Source: Chiloscyllium plagiosum (taxonomy: Eukaryota). From it: 64,000 nt of DNA. The stretch spans positions 102,222,079 to 102,286,078 of the forward strand of contig NC_057718.1 in NCBI RefSeq assembly GCF_004010195.1. Reading direction: 5' to 3'. The position numbers and the translations under genes are program-made. Shown here piece after piece: positions 51,971 through 64,000 of the stretch (position 1 is the stretch's first letter; every line of letters starts with the position of its first letter). The notes beneath the pieces are model-generated. The model ran no database searches, was not told where the DNA came from, and saw only the letters and a program-made list of their open reading frames with translations.

Positions 51971-54900
51971 TATGCAAACATCTACTTGACACATCTGATT
52001 GACGATGGTTGCAAATGCTACAGCCTTTCATTTTGCACTGATTTGTGAGCAGGGCCCACATCATGGGACATCTTGGAGCCTCCCACTCTGATTAAACTTT
52101 GGAACTGGCACCATGGGACAGGATGGCTGAGCTTCAATCAGGCCTGTGGGCTTCGATATCATTTAGTTCTGTCTGAAGCACAACGATTTCAATTTGTAGT
52201 ATCCACAACGCTGTTAGAAAGGGAGTTAGAGGATCTCAACCCAGTGACACTGAAGGAATGGCGATATATTTCAGAATGATGAGTGACTAAGGGGGAAACT
52301 TGCAGGCGATGATGTTCCCATGTAACTGCTGCCCTTGTCCTTCTAGGTGTTAACATTTTTGGGCTTGGAAGATGCTGTTGGAGGAGCTTTGATGCATCAT
52401 GTGGATAGAGCATGCTATTGTTGCTGAGCGTCAGTGGTGAAAGGAGTGAAGGTTTAAGGTAGTGAATAAGGTGAAAAATCAGCCATTGTTTATGTCTGTG
52501 TTCCCTTAATGCATGAGAGTTTGGGGTCTTATAGAATTTATCTTGTGTTTTCCATTAGCAAAGAATTGTGTATTCTAATATTTTACCTTAAATTACATTG
52601 GCTAATAACACTGACGAAATTTATTCAAACCAAAATTAATTTTGATTTGAAGGAATACCTAAGGGGAAAAGACAAATAATATTTAAGAGGTTTTAGGTAC
52701 ATTCTTTAGGTCACTTCCTACCAATGTAGATTGCTCAACAGATTCTAATTTATTTTTTGTGCCTTTAGAGTTAGCATTAATATTATCATTTCTAGTTAAT
52801 AAAATGTCACGTTTAACTCACAAGAAATGCTATTTTTCATGTGTAATCCATGAGGTAATTACATTCAATTCATCATAGTCATTTCCAGTCATTCAATTTA
52901 GAACTCACTTTTCACGTTCCCAACATGAAATACTGTGGACACTGGAGAGCTGAGATAAAACCAGGAATTGCTGAAGAAACCCAGCAAGTCAGGCAGAATC
53001 TGTGGAGAGAGAAACAGAGCTAATGTTGCTAGTCCAATGACCTTTGGCCAGATTTAAAGGTCAGCTGGTGTTAAAAGTATTGTAGACAGTTGTTTGATAA
53101 TCTCCAGAACTCAGAGTATTGCTGAAAAAAGATACAATTCATTGAAACTTTACATCTTGCAGTCATCAGAACAATTCACAAGCAATATCAAAGTAAAGAA
53201 AAAGTAATATTTATACAGTAAGAGAGGAGAGTGTTCTTTGATTGGCAAGTGAATTCAGATTGGTAGAGGTGTTGTCATGGAGAATGCACTAATTAATGAT
53301 GACCAGTTATAGAGACACAACTATTTGGGACTGCGAAAATTGCAATTTGAAAATTGCTGCCCAGTTTTATTTCAAGGCAACTGATGTAAATGGGAGTGCA
53401 GGGACTTAGCAGAAAAGAGCAAAAGTCATAACGTTGGGCATGCAGCTCTGTATTCCCAAGTCACGACGTTCTGCATTTACCAAACAAGGAAGAAATAATG
53501 AGAGTTTCAAATAGCCTTGATGATGTACTGTGATACTGACATGTTCAAAATTACCTATCCAGGGTGTTGAAGATATACATGCAGAATGACGAACCGTCAA
53601 ACAGAAGTATTACAAATGTGGAGCTTATAATGCAAACACATAAAGCAAACTTACGACTTGAAATAGGGACTGAATCATTAGCATCTTTTGCTCCCAATAC
53701 TCCCCATCACTGAACCTTGCATTACCCTAAAGTCAGTACTGTGCTTTGACTTTCATGTGTGTTGCCACCACTGGTGGAACATTGACTTATAATGAAGTTT
53801 CTAATGATCTTGGATGTAAGAACTTAGCAATGTAACACTAATGTCACTCTTGAGCATATACACTGACGACTTTGGTAAACATTTTCAGCAGGATTGTGCA
53901 CTTTTGATATGCCAAAAAAAAATCCCAATCAATTATGTCTCCAATTATGTGTCTGACTTATTTTTATCTTTACATAATAAATTTGACAGACTGTCGCCAC
54001 CATCAAATTCAGCAAGGCAGAGATTAACTCAGACAATGGCTTCTCCACGTCTCCTCCAGCTTTATCACTCTACTGTTGGTGCTGACACCGTGCTGGCTTG
54101 CCTCCTTGCTTTCTGATTTATTGTTACTCTCTCACTCATATGTATTTTTTTAAAAATACATTTTTATTGAAAAAAAGGGGAATTTTTTTGAATATTACAA
54201 CAAATACAAAACCAAACAATTCAAACCAATGTTAAAAAACAAACCCACTAATTACATAGATAAATAAATACTAATAACTCAGCTAAAAAAAAGAAATCTT
54301 AATAGTAATAATAACAACAACAATAACACAGCTCAATGAAACAAAGCCCTTGAACAACGAGTGCATAAGTTTATACATATTCATATGTTCATAGTTCTTC
54401 CCCTCTGGATACCAGAATCATTACATAGAATTGTCATGGCTATACAAAAGGCTCTTATTAGTATGGCGGACAAATCTATACCCAGATAGTCCAGAAAGGG
54501 CTGCCATGTCTTATAGAAATTCTCAGTTTTATGGTGCACCATATTCGTAAGAAAGTCCAAGGGGATGTGCTCCATGACTAGCTTACGCCAGCCCACCAGC
54601 CCCAGGGGATTTTCCAACAACCACCTTAATAGAATGTGATTTCTTGCACAAAAAGTGAGGATACTGAAAAGGCTTTTTTGTGTGCATCTAATGAAAGTGA
54701 ATTAACAAAGCCAAGAAAGAGAGACATCGGGTTCATCTTCACCTCCGTCCTCAAGGTCTTCTCTATTTCGCCTACCCCAGCGCTCCACTATGCCCACAGT
54801 CTGTGGCAGGACCAAAGACAATGAGTAAGCGTGCCCACGCTCGCTTTACATTTAGGGCACATTGGAGATGGTCTCGCTTTAAATTTAGCGAGGAGGTCTG

Positions 54901-55638
54901 GGGCCAGATGGACCCTGTGGAGAATCTTCAATTACAAGGCATGGGTCCTGTTGCAAATAGAGATCCTTCTTGCATTATCCCAGACATCATCACATATTTC
55001 AGAAGAGATTACAATATCCAGCTCCCTCTCCCATACCTTACAAAGCTGTTCAGCCTCATCCAAGGGATCCTCTCCCAGTCGATGATAAGCGTTGCTAATA
55101 GATAATGTACCCTCAGCACTCAACACCCTCTTTTCCATGGCGGACCTATAAGGATCAGTTAGAAGTGTGGTCTCTTTTCGTATGAAATTTCTAATTTGAA
55201 AAAAAACCAAAATAGGTCACTACTGGGCAATTCATATTTCCTAACCAACTGGTCAAAGGACATTAATATGGCCCCTTCAAATAAATCACCCAGGCAAAGC
55301 ACACTCCTAGCTGCCCACAGTTTAAACCCAGAATCCACAATCATTTGCTGAAAACCCGGCATAACTACTATGGGTGTCAAAAATGATGTTTTGGCAATAT
55401 TGCCCCCACCCTGACGCATTTCCCTCCACGCCTTGACAGTATTGATGACTACTGGGCTATGGCACTGTTCCCATTTTGTCTAAGAACAGCAGGCTAATGA
55501 GGGGGCATCTTGCCTGAGATGCTCCGATGTCCAATAATAGTGATCATGATTTGGAGATGCCGGTGTTGGACTGGGGTGTACAAAGTTAAAAAATCACACC
55601 ACACCAGGTTATAGTCCAACAGGTTTAATTGGAAGCAC

Positions 55639-56090
55639 AGTGGCACAGTGGTTAGCACTGCTGCCTCACAGCGCCTGAGACCTGGGTTCAATTCCCGCCT
55701 CAGGTGACTGACTGTGTGGAGTTTGCACATTCTCCCCGTGTCCGCGTGGGTTTCCTCCGGGTGCTCCGGTTTCCTCCCACAGTCCAAAGATGTGCAGGTC
55801 AGGTTCCTGATGAAGGGCTTTTGCCCGAAACGTCGATTTTGCCTGTCCTCGGATGCTGCCTGAATTGCTGTGCTCTTCCAGCACCACTGATCCAGAATCT
55901 GGTTTCCAGCATCTGCAGTCATTGTTTTTACCTAGGTGAATTGGCCATGCTAAATTGTCCGTAGTGTTAGGTGAAGGGGAAAATATAGGGGTATGGGTGG
56001 GTTGCGCTTCGGCGGGTCGGTGTGGACTTGTTGGGCCGTAGGGCCTGTTTCCACACTGTAAGTAATCTAATCTAATCTAAGCTAAAAAAA
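55639..56090 (+). mobile_element. HE1-type V-SINE nested in the pLTR, itself interrupted at 55805-55933
   Basis: HE1 head and core to 55804, resuming at 55934 (AGGT duplicated), tail (ctaat)n plus A run. Confidence 0.9.
55805..55837 (+). ncRNA. Minimal hammerhead ribozyme motif (family 2), intact core, heading a 129-bp mini-element (55805-55933)
   Basis: tc-CTGATGA-A-GGGC-tttt-GCCC-GAAA-CGTC-ga; palindromic ACGU stem III; predicted cleavage after C55834. Confidence 0.8.
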
Positions 56091-56121
56091 AGCTTTCGGA
56101 GCAACGCTCCTTCATCAGGTG
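56091..56121 (-). ncRNA. Minimal hammerhead ribozyme motif (family 1), 3' stem I displaced by the SINE insertion
   Basis: Minus strand: cac-CTGATGA-A-GGAGC-gtt-GCTCC-GAAA-GCT. Confidence 0.75.
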
Positions 56122-56430
56122 ATTGTGGAGGGCTCGATCGTAACACAGAATTTATAGCAAAAATTTGCAGTGTGATGTAACTGAAATAATACATTGAAAA
56201 ATTGATTGTCTGTTAAGCCTTTCATCTATTAGAATACAGTGATAGTTTCACTTCTTTCATGTGTAAATCACAAAACCTTTTTTTTAAAAGTTGCATTCTC
56301 AGGTTAGCTGTTAACAATGGTGATAGCTAGACAATATGTTGAAGGTGTTAGCCCCCTGTGTTCTCTGTCTATGACCTGATGTTTAGATTGATTCTAATCT
56401 AAAAAGTGAGATAACAGAGCCCTCCACTAT

Positions 56431-56465
56431 CACCTGATGAAGGAGCGTCGCTCCGAAAACTAGTG
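56431..56465 (+). ncRNA. Minimal hammerhead ribozyme motif (family 1)
   Basis: cac-CTGATGA-A-GGAGC-gtc-GCTCC-GAAA-ACTA-gtg; stem I CAC/GUG; one change in the AGCU palindrome. Confidence 0.78.
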
Positions 56466-59400
56466 TGCTTCCAATTAAACCTGTTGGACAATAACCTGGT
56501 GTTGTGTGATTTTTAACAACAATAGTGAGTTAGGGTTCCCCCGGGCCCAGTCATTCACATAAGATAGCAATGAGCTTAACTGATAGTTGTTGATATCTGG
56601 GAGGCCCACTCCTCCCAGTCTGTAAGGGAACTGCAATTTAGTCAGTTTAATTAGGGGCCGCTTGCGATACCAAATGAAAGAACTGAACCAGCCATTCAGT
56701 CTTCTAAATATTTGCTTAGCAAAAAGCAGAGGTAGCATTCATATGGGACACAACAGGTGGGGCAGAATGTTCATTTAAACAAGGGCTATCCGACCTACCC
56801 AAGAGATCGAATGCGCCTCCCATCTATGAAGGTCCTGTCGAATAAATGGACAAAATTGGTTTTAGACAGCTGATTGAAAACAGGGGCAATAAATAGACCA
56901 AAGTAGAGAAAGCCCTCCTGCGTCCATCGAAAGGGGAACCGAGATCCGCCCTCAGGATCAGGCACTCTCGGGAGACCACCCATGGGCATGGCCTCTGATT
57001 TCATACAGTTGATCTTATAACTCAAGAAGCCTCCAAATGGATTAATGTATTGTATCAGGTGTGACACTGAGACTGTTGGGTTTGATAAGAAGACATGAAA
57101 GTCATCTGTATACATTGTGGTCTTATGTGACTTTGTCCCCATTTCTGGAGCTGTTATATTGGGATCCCTGCATATTGCCTCTGCCAGCAGTTCGATCACC
57201 AATGTGAATAGCAATGCTGATAAGGGACAGCCCTGTCGACTGCCCCTACAAACATTGAAATTGCTTAACCACACACCACTGGTGAGTACCGCAGCAAGAG
57301 GGTTACTATACAAAACCTCCACCAACCTGATGAAGGTCTCTCCCAGGGCAAACCGCTTTAAAGTATAAAAAAGATATGGCCACTCGACCCTGTTAAATGC
57401 CTTTTCCACGTTTAAGGAGATTACCAATCCCTGTACCGATCACTGTTGACATACTTAGATCGTGTTAAGTAACCTCCTGACATTATCTGACGATCTGCAA
57501 CCTTTTATGAACCCTGTCTGGTCCTCCTTAATGATAGAGGGCAGTACAGTTTCTAGCCTTAATGTTCGCCTCTCTTAGAGATGGAGGGAGGAGGCCACAA
57601 CTATGTCAGTCATTAAACATACTGAGCATCGGCTCTGACAATATATTGATAAATTCCTTCTAGAACGCACTGGGGAGCCCTTCAGGACCCGGTGCCTTTC
57701 CATTCTGGAGCTGCCTCACAGCCTCCTGCAACTCTTGCTCTGACAACGGGGCATTGAGGAGAAACTCCTGTTCAAGGGTCACTCCCGGCAGGTCCAAATT
57801 CTTTAAAAAAAGACTCCATCCCAACCCACCCACCCTCACAGCTTTCAGATCGGTATAGTTCAGAGTAAAATTTCCAAAATGCTGCACTAATCCTTTTAGA
57901 ATCGCAGGTTAAGTTTCCAGTGTACCCTGTGATCAAGGTAATGGCTTTGGGGGAACTCCTTTTCCTGGCAAGGAATGCTAGGTACTTGCCCGGCTTATCC
58001 CCATGCTCAAACAGCTTTTGGTTTGCAAATGTAAGCTCCCTTTTGGCTCTCTGAGCGCATGCAGTTCAGCAAAGACCGAAGCGCTGTGATCCTCTGCAGT
58101 TTAGCCAGTGAGGGCCTGTCAAAATGTGCCTTTTCAGCTACTTTCAGATGTGGCTCGAGCAAGCATTGCTGCTCACCCAGCTAACGCTTCTTACTGGCTG
58201 AATGGGAAATAACAAACCCCCGAGCATAGGCTTTAGCTGTTTCCCAAAGGTTGGATCGGCTACTGGCCGAGCCTGAATTAATATCTAAAAAAGCCCTGAA
58301 CTCAGCAGAAAAGAATTCAATAAACTTGCTTCCTTGAAGATGAAGGGTGAGCCTACCAAAGTATCCTTATTCTTAACCATTAAACATACTGGGGTGTGAT
58401 CGGAAATAGTAATATTGCCAATTGTACATGACATCACTGAGCCCAGATGTGCTGCAGAGGTCAGAAAAAAATCAATCCTGGTATGGTATGTGGGTTCAAA
58501 AAGAACGCAAGTTCCTGCCAGTAGGGTGAAGGTGCAAACATCTACAAATCCCAATTCAGCACACATATCTCCTAATTGTTTAGATTGCAAAGAAGATATC
58601 GGAGGGCCTTTGGGCAATCTGTCCGTTGTAGGGTCTATTAGACAACTGAAATCCCCTCCTTCAATAATATGCTTAGAAGCAAGGTTAACAAGTCTAGAAA
58701 GTGCTTCTGTCAAGAACTTAAGGGGGTGGGCCGGGGGACAGTAAACATTTACGGTCCTGTATGCTTCCCCATCTATCAAAGCTTTAGGGATTACAAATCT
58801 CCCATGTGTGTCTTTAATGCACTCTAATAACTTAAATGGGAGATTCTTTCTAACTAAAATGGCCACCCTTCTATTCCTCATATTGAAAGATGAAAAATAA
58901 ACCTGGTCATACCCATTCTGTTGCAGCTTCAACTGCTCTGCGTCATCCAACTGTGTTTCTTGTAATAAGGCAACATCCACCCTCTCCTTTTTAAGGCTGG
59001 AAAGTACCTTCTTCCTCTTGACTGGCAAATGACTCCCCTTAATATTCCAGGTACACCACTTAAACACATCCATAGCATTATCCTCTATAGCACTATTTAG
59101 ACTCCAGAGAGGAAGAACCCAAACTACAATTCGCTAAGCTTTAATGCAAAAAAATCCACAAAACCCAAAAACTACATTGACTAAAATAACTACAGCCAAC
59201 ATATCTACAAAACTTAAAAAACTATGCACAGCAAAAACGGTAAAACAAAAGTTCGCTGAAGGCACTGATTGGAGGAATTTACCCCCTCCCCCATTCAAAG
59301 GGGGTACCTACACATCCTACAACCCTGCAAACCATCCCAACTGCCCTCTCAACTCCTACCAGCTAGTGTCGCGCCACATACACCGGCAAACCGGTGGGAA

Positions 59401-60544
59401 AAAAACACCAAGAGCAAGATTAGTACAATAGACAAGTAAATTAAAAAATAAATATGTCACCCATTCCTTAACATAACTTAGAGATTAAAGATAAATACTC
59501 TATCCATCCCAGACATCATTTAACGCAACTTATTACCAGAAAGGAGATGCCACCACATCCTTTTTAAAGAAGAACAAACCTGAACAGCTCTGTCCTCCGT
59601 GCCTATTCAACTTAAGTCAACGCGTCCACAAAATTCTTTCCATTCTCTGGTGAGTTGAACAAATGTACGGATCCATTACGATTGATCCGAAGCACTGCTG
59701 GATATCTTAAAGAACACTTGATCCCAAGCTTCCTCAATCTCTTCTTGATGCCATTGTTGGACTTCCTTTTCCGGATCTCCGCTGCCAAGAAGTGTTGAAA
59801 AAACATGACCCTGGAACCACCACATGCCATTGCCTTTGGATCCTTCTCCTGGGCTCTAGAGGCTTCCATGACCCACTGCTTGTCTTTATAATGATGGAAC
59901 CTTACCACGACAGGGCGGGTGTGCTGATCCATACCTGGCTTTCGTGCCACGGTCTAGTGAGCTCTCTCAGTTCTTATCGTTCCCTTCTCAGCCTCCAAAA
60001 TAAAGAATTCCAGGAAGCACTTCTCAATGTGTTGCTCACCTTCTGTCCCCTCCGGTATGCCAACAATGCACAGGCTCTTTCTTTTGCCCCTGTTTTCGAG
60101 ATGGTCTACCAGATCCAACAGACCTGTGTTTCCAGGTCTTCAATCCGCCTCTTGGAGGAGTCAATCTCTGTCTGTACCCCTGCAGCCCAGTGTACGAGCT
60201 CATCGTTCCTTTTTCCCAGGTCTTGCAGCATAGCAGATACAGGAACCAGCTCCTCTCTGATTTTTTTACTTGATCTACTTCCTCAGGTACAAACCTCGCA
60301 AGATTTGGCCAGTTCCTCAGCCAGGGTCTGGTGAGTAAGCAAGCCTGCTGCTTCAGTGAGTTTGGCTGTGGCCCCTCACCTGGGCGAGCTTCCTCATTCC
60401 TTCGGTATTCTCCAGCTGCAAGAACAAAGGGAAGTTGCTATTTTTCAGGTTTCTAGCTCCTTTACTGTGTTTTTATTCATGGGTTCTCGCACTGTTGGGT
60501 CAGTGTTGTGGCACGGAGCACAGCAAACGTAATCCGAACAGGAT

Positions 60545-60556
60545 GCCGCCATCTTG
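60545..60556 (-). promoter_or_regulatory. YY1-type motif at the L1 5' end
   Basis: Minus strand CAAGATGGCGGC starting 4 nt into the TSD-defined element. Confidence 0.7.
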
Positions 60557-62059
60557 GATTCTCACTCATACTTTTAACAAAGAGCACATCTAAAGAATTT
60601 CAAAAGGTTTTGCAAACCCTTGCAGTGGAAACCAGCCCATGTTCACTGTTGTGTATCTGACAAGAGTTTGACTAAAGGCTGGGAGAGTTTTATGCCTCTG
60701 TTCTATGTCAGTCACTTGTAGTTGTCAATTTACAGACTTGTAGATAATTTTCTAAACAACCTGCCGGTGACGTTACACCACGCCTCTGGAGCAGGTGGGA
60801 CATAAAAACAGGTCTCCTGTCCCCGAGGTGGGACATTGCCACTGCACCACAAGTGCCCTTATTTATAGACTTCTCCCGTTGCCTGACGAGACCTTTTGCT
60901 GGTTTAATTGGTCTGAAATTAACTCAAGTTGACATGGGATACATTAAACTGGAAGGTAAGAAGACAGTCATTGAATGCAGTTTTCAAGAATGAGATAGAA
61001 TGAAGTCGAAATGTTTTTGCCCACCCTTTCAATATGAATGTGAACCAAGACCCCTGACCAAGGAAGTTTCATGAAACATGGTACAATATTAAAAGAAACA
61101 ATAGTGAAGTTGTTATACGTTAATTTCCTCCATATCAGAGAACCGAAGGTGAAACATACCTCTATATGCTCATGTCTGTCATCCCTTTGAGTTTGTTAGC
61201 ACCCTTCTCCTTCTGCGAAAATCCTGAAACATCTCGGGTTTGCTCCGTACGGCAAAATAGATGAATGGATTTGATGTTCTTTGCAGGCAGTAAGAACATG
61301 TACATGCCATGTGCCTGCCTCAACTCAACAACTAGTTGGCAGTCGTTCACTTCTCAGGGCAATGCCTTAACCAGATTCAACCTGCCAGGTATAAATTAAA
61401 ACAAATTAAAACAAACTGTCCTTCATCATCCACTGATGCATTCTCCATGGAAACACTTCCACCAATCAGAGTCAAGTTGCCAACCAGTCAGTATGCAATT
61501 CTCAAGCAGTATAAAAAATATATTTAATAATCAGGCTGCCACTCCAGTAGGGAGCACAGCACTGTCAGAAAGGATGTTAAACTGTGCTGCTATCTATCCT
61601 TATGCTGTGGCTCAATTGGGAGCACACGTGCCTGTAAATCATAAGGTTCTGTGTCCAAGTGCCATTCCAGAGTTCTGAAAAAGTCATACTGGGGCTTAAA
61701 CTGCTAACTTTGTCTCTCCAAAGATGGTGCCGGTGTTGGTTTTTTTTGAAAGGTCACTGTGACACTGGAGTCTTTTTTAACAAGGCTCCTTAGAGATCAC
61801 ACAGCTGGAGAACACTATTTGCTTTGCTGTAGATTTCTACTGGAGCTGTTTTGAATAGTGGTTGATTTGGGGAGATTCTGGTTTTTCCACTGGCCTTTGG
61901 TTGGGCAATGAGAAGCCTAACAGAAAGAGCTGCCCAGCTGATCTCTCCCATTTCAGAAAAAAAGCCTCTTGTTGAGTTCAAAGAGAAACCTATTTGTTCT
62001 TCTGAAAGAGTAATTGAGAGGAATCCTCAAAGGTGTAATTTCCAATCTGTATCTGTAAT

Positions 62060-62630
62060 ATAATGTTGCCAGGAATGGAAGGTTTGAGTTATAAAGATAG
62101 GCTGGGACATTTTCACTGGAGTGTAGGAGGTTGAAGGGTGACCGTTTTGAGGTTTTAAAATCATGAGGGGCATGGACAAGCAAGGGTCTTTTCCTTAAGG
62201 TGGGGGAGTTCAAAACTAGAAGGCACATTTTAAGGTGAGAGGGGAAAGATTTAAAAAGGATGAGGGGCAACTTTTTACACAGAGGTGGCTCGTGTGTAGA
62301 AAGAACTGCTAGAGGAAGGAGTGGATGCAGGTACAGTTACAATGTTTACAAGACATTTGGATAAATTTATGAATAGGCAAGGCTTGAATGGATGAAGCTG
62401 AAAATATGTTGCTCATTGAAGGGCTCATGCCCGAAACATCGATTCTCCTGCTCCTTGGATGCTGCCTGACCTGCTGCGCTTTTCCTGCAACACATTTTCA
62501 GCTCTGATCTCCAGCATCTGCAGTCCTCACTTTCTCCTTGAATGGATGAAAGCCAAACACAGACAAGTGGGACTAACTTGATTTGGGAACATGGTCAACA
62601 TGGACTAGTTGGGCCATGCTGAAAGACTGT
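62060..62630 (+). mobile_element. CR1 3' fragment carrying a nested mini-element (62397-62536, 14-bp TSD)
   Basis: CR1 ORF2 C-terminus similarity; CTTGAATGGATGAA at 62383-62396 and 62537-62550; insert contains GAAGGGC-tcat-GCCC-GAAA-CATC. Confidence 0.85.
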
Positions 62631-62809
62631 GTGCTAGAACATCATAACAGCAGACTGTAGAACATTCTACACTTTACTCTTTTGCTTTTAAGAATAAGCC
62701 ATTGGTGAATTTTTTTCAGAAAGCTAATCTCTGCACAGCAGTCTGCTCTCTCCCCCTTCTTTTCCTGAGGAATGTATTTGTTTGTTTGTGTGTCTGAGGG
62801 AATACCTAG

Positions 62810-63600
62810 AGGGCTAAACATTGATGCATTTTGGGAGGTCAAGTACAGGTGGAAATTATACTGTGAATGTCAGAACCCTTAGGAGTATTGATACTCAGAG
62901 GGATCTGGGCGTGCAGGTCCACAGATCACTGAAGGTGACAGTGCTGTAGATAATGTAGTAAAAAAGGCCTATGGCATGCTTACCTTCATTGGAGGGGACA
63001 CTGAATATAAGGATAGACAGGTTATGCTGCAGCTTTATAGAACTTTATGTTAGGCCACATATAACTTGGGTCATCGCACTACCAGAAGGATGTGGTTGCT
63101 GTGGAGATGGTACAGAAAAGGATGACCAGGATGGTGCGTGGTATGGGGGATTTTAGCGATGAAGAAACATTGGATAGACTGAGTTTGTTTTCACTGGAAC
63201 GCAGGAGATTGAGGGGTGACCTGATAGAAGTTAATCAAATTGTGAATGCCATGGAGAGAGTGGGAAGTGTGAAGCTTTTTCCCAGGGTGGAGGGGTCAAT
63301 TACTAGGGGACACCAGTTCAAGGTGTGGGGCAAGTTTAAAAGAGATGTGCGAGGCAAGGTTTTCACGCAAAGGGTGGTGAGTGCCTGGAACTCGCTGCCA
63401 GAGGTAGTGGTGAAAGCAGATACAATAGCAGCATTCAAGAAACACTTGGACACATACATGAATAGGAAGGGAATAGAGGGATACGGATCCTGTAAGTAAA
63501 GGCAGTTTTAGTGTGGAAGGGTAAAATGTATCAGTGCAGGCTTGGAGGGCCGAAGGGCCTGTTCCTGTGCTGTATTGTTCTTTGTCTTGTTCTTTGTTAC
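62810..63600 (+). mobile_element. CR1 LINE 3' portion
   Basis: VQKRMTRMVRG..FSLERRRLRGDLIEV..TRGH..FTQRVVSAWNSLP. Confidence 0.93.
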
Positions 63601-64000
63601 TTGACTGTATGTTAACCAATTATTGCATCTTTATTCAATAAGCTTAGCATTAACAATAAATAAACAATTTATTAAAAACATGCTTGATAGGTCTTTTTAT
63701 TGTTAAATCCTGATATAGATATTTAATTAGCCGGTTGGTAGCTGGAAGAATAAATTTTATGTTGTGCTGTGATCCATGGATTGGCAGGACTAAAACAACA
63801 GTGCATGCCTCTAGCTTCATTCATTATAAACCCAAAGCTAAACCTGCCACGTTAAATACTGAAATTAGTCGTGGGCCATTACCACTCTGTCCTCATTCAC
63901 AGCATTCCAAATCTGCTTTGAAATTGCAAGTTTCACTAAAATCCAAGCATTATATATTTAATTTTTGGGACTGAAATAGGAATTACATTTTATTCCAATT

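Larger units (their letters stand above)
55544..56516. mobile_element. Penelope pLTR-only insertion with inverted arms, nested in L1 ORF2
   Basis: Left arm is pLTR on - strand, right arm (about 56418-56516) is pLTR end on + strand; TSD CAA(T/C)AATAGTGA at 55532-55543 and 56517-56528. Confidence 0.85.
54141..60559 (-). mobile_element. End-to-end L1-clade LINE, decayed (ORF1 + ORF2 with APE and RT)
   Basis: ORF1 C-terminus VVVRFHHYKDK..RYPAVLRI (59612..59950); APE TWNIKG..LLQET..GGDF..RIDFF..SDH (58285..59073); RT GSRQGCPLS..YTDD (56795..57427); TSD TCTCACTCATA at 54130-54140 and 60560-60570; AATAAA(-) at 54163-54168. Confidence 0.93.

Noticed and set aside
63843..63970. Possible minus-strand coding exon near the right edge
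   Set aside because: Stops in all frames after the candidate acceptors and no recognisable protein

Overview
Eukaryotic, repeat-rich vertebrate DNA. HE1-type V-SINEs and HER1-like CR1 LINEs point to a shark or other elasmobranch. Only one protein-coding gene is supported: a prokineticin-receptor-family class A GPCR on the + strand, with two coding exons (21108-21532 and 27218-27911, 372 aa, intron splitting the Arg of DRY). The rest is mostly layered mobile DNA: many CR1/L2-clade LINE pieces, HE1 and other tRNA-derived SINEs, two TIR MITEs, three probable solo LTRs, a Tx1-like fragment, an end-to-end but decayed L1 with TSD and a 5' YY1 site (54141-60559), and a Penelope-like retroelement with pseudo-LTRs (33151-37917). 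The most notable unannotated signal is a dozen or so minimal hammerhead-ribozyme motifs (CUGANGA-A-stem II-GAAA plus a loop-less palindromic stem III) in three sequence families. They lie in Penelope pLTRs and at the head of 95-150 bp non-coding mini-elements, several of which have their own target-site duplications. Coordinates of decayed repeats are approximate, and family names come from motif recognition, not database searches.
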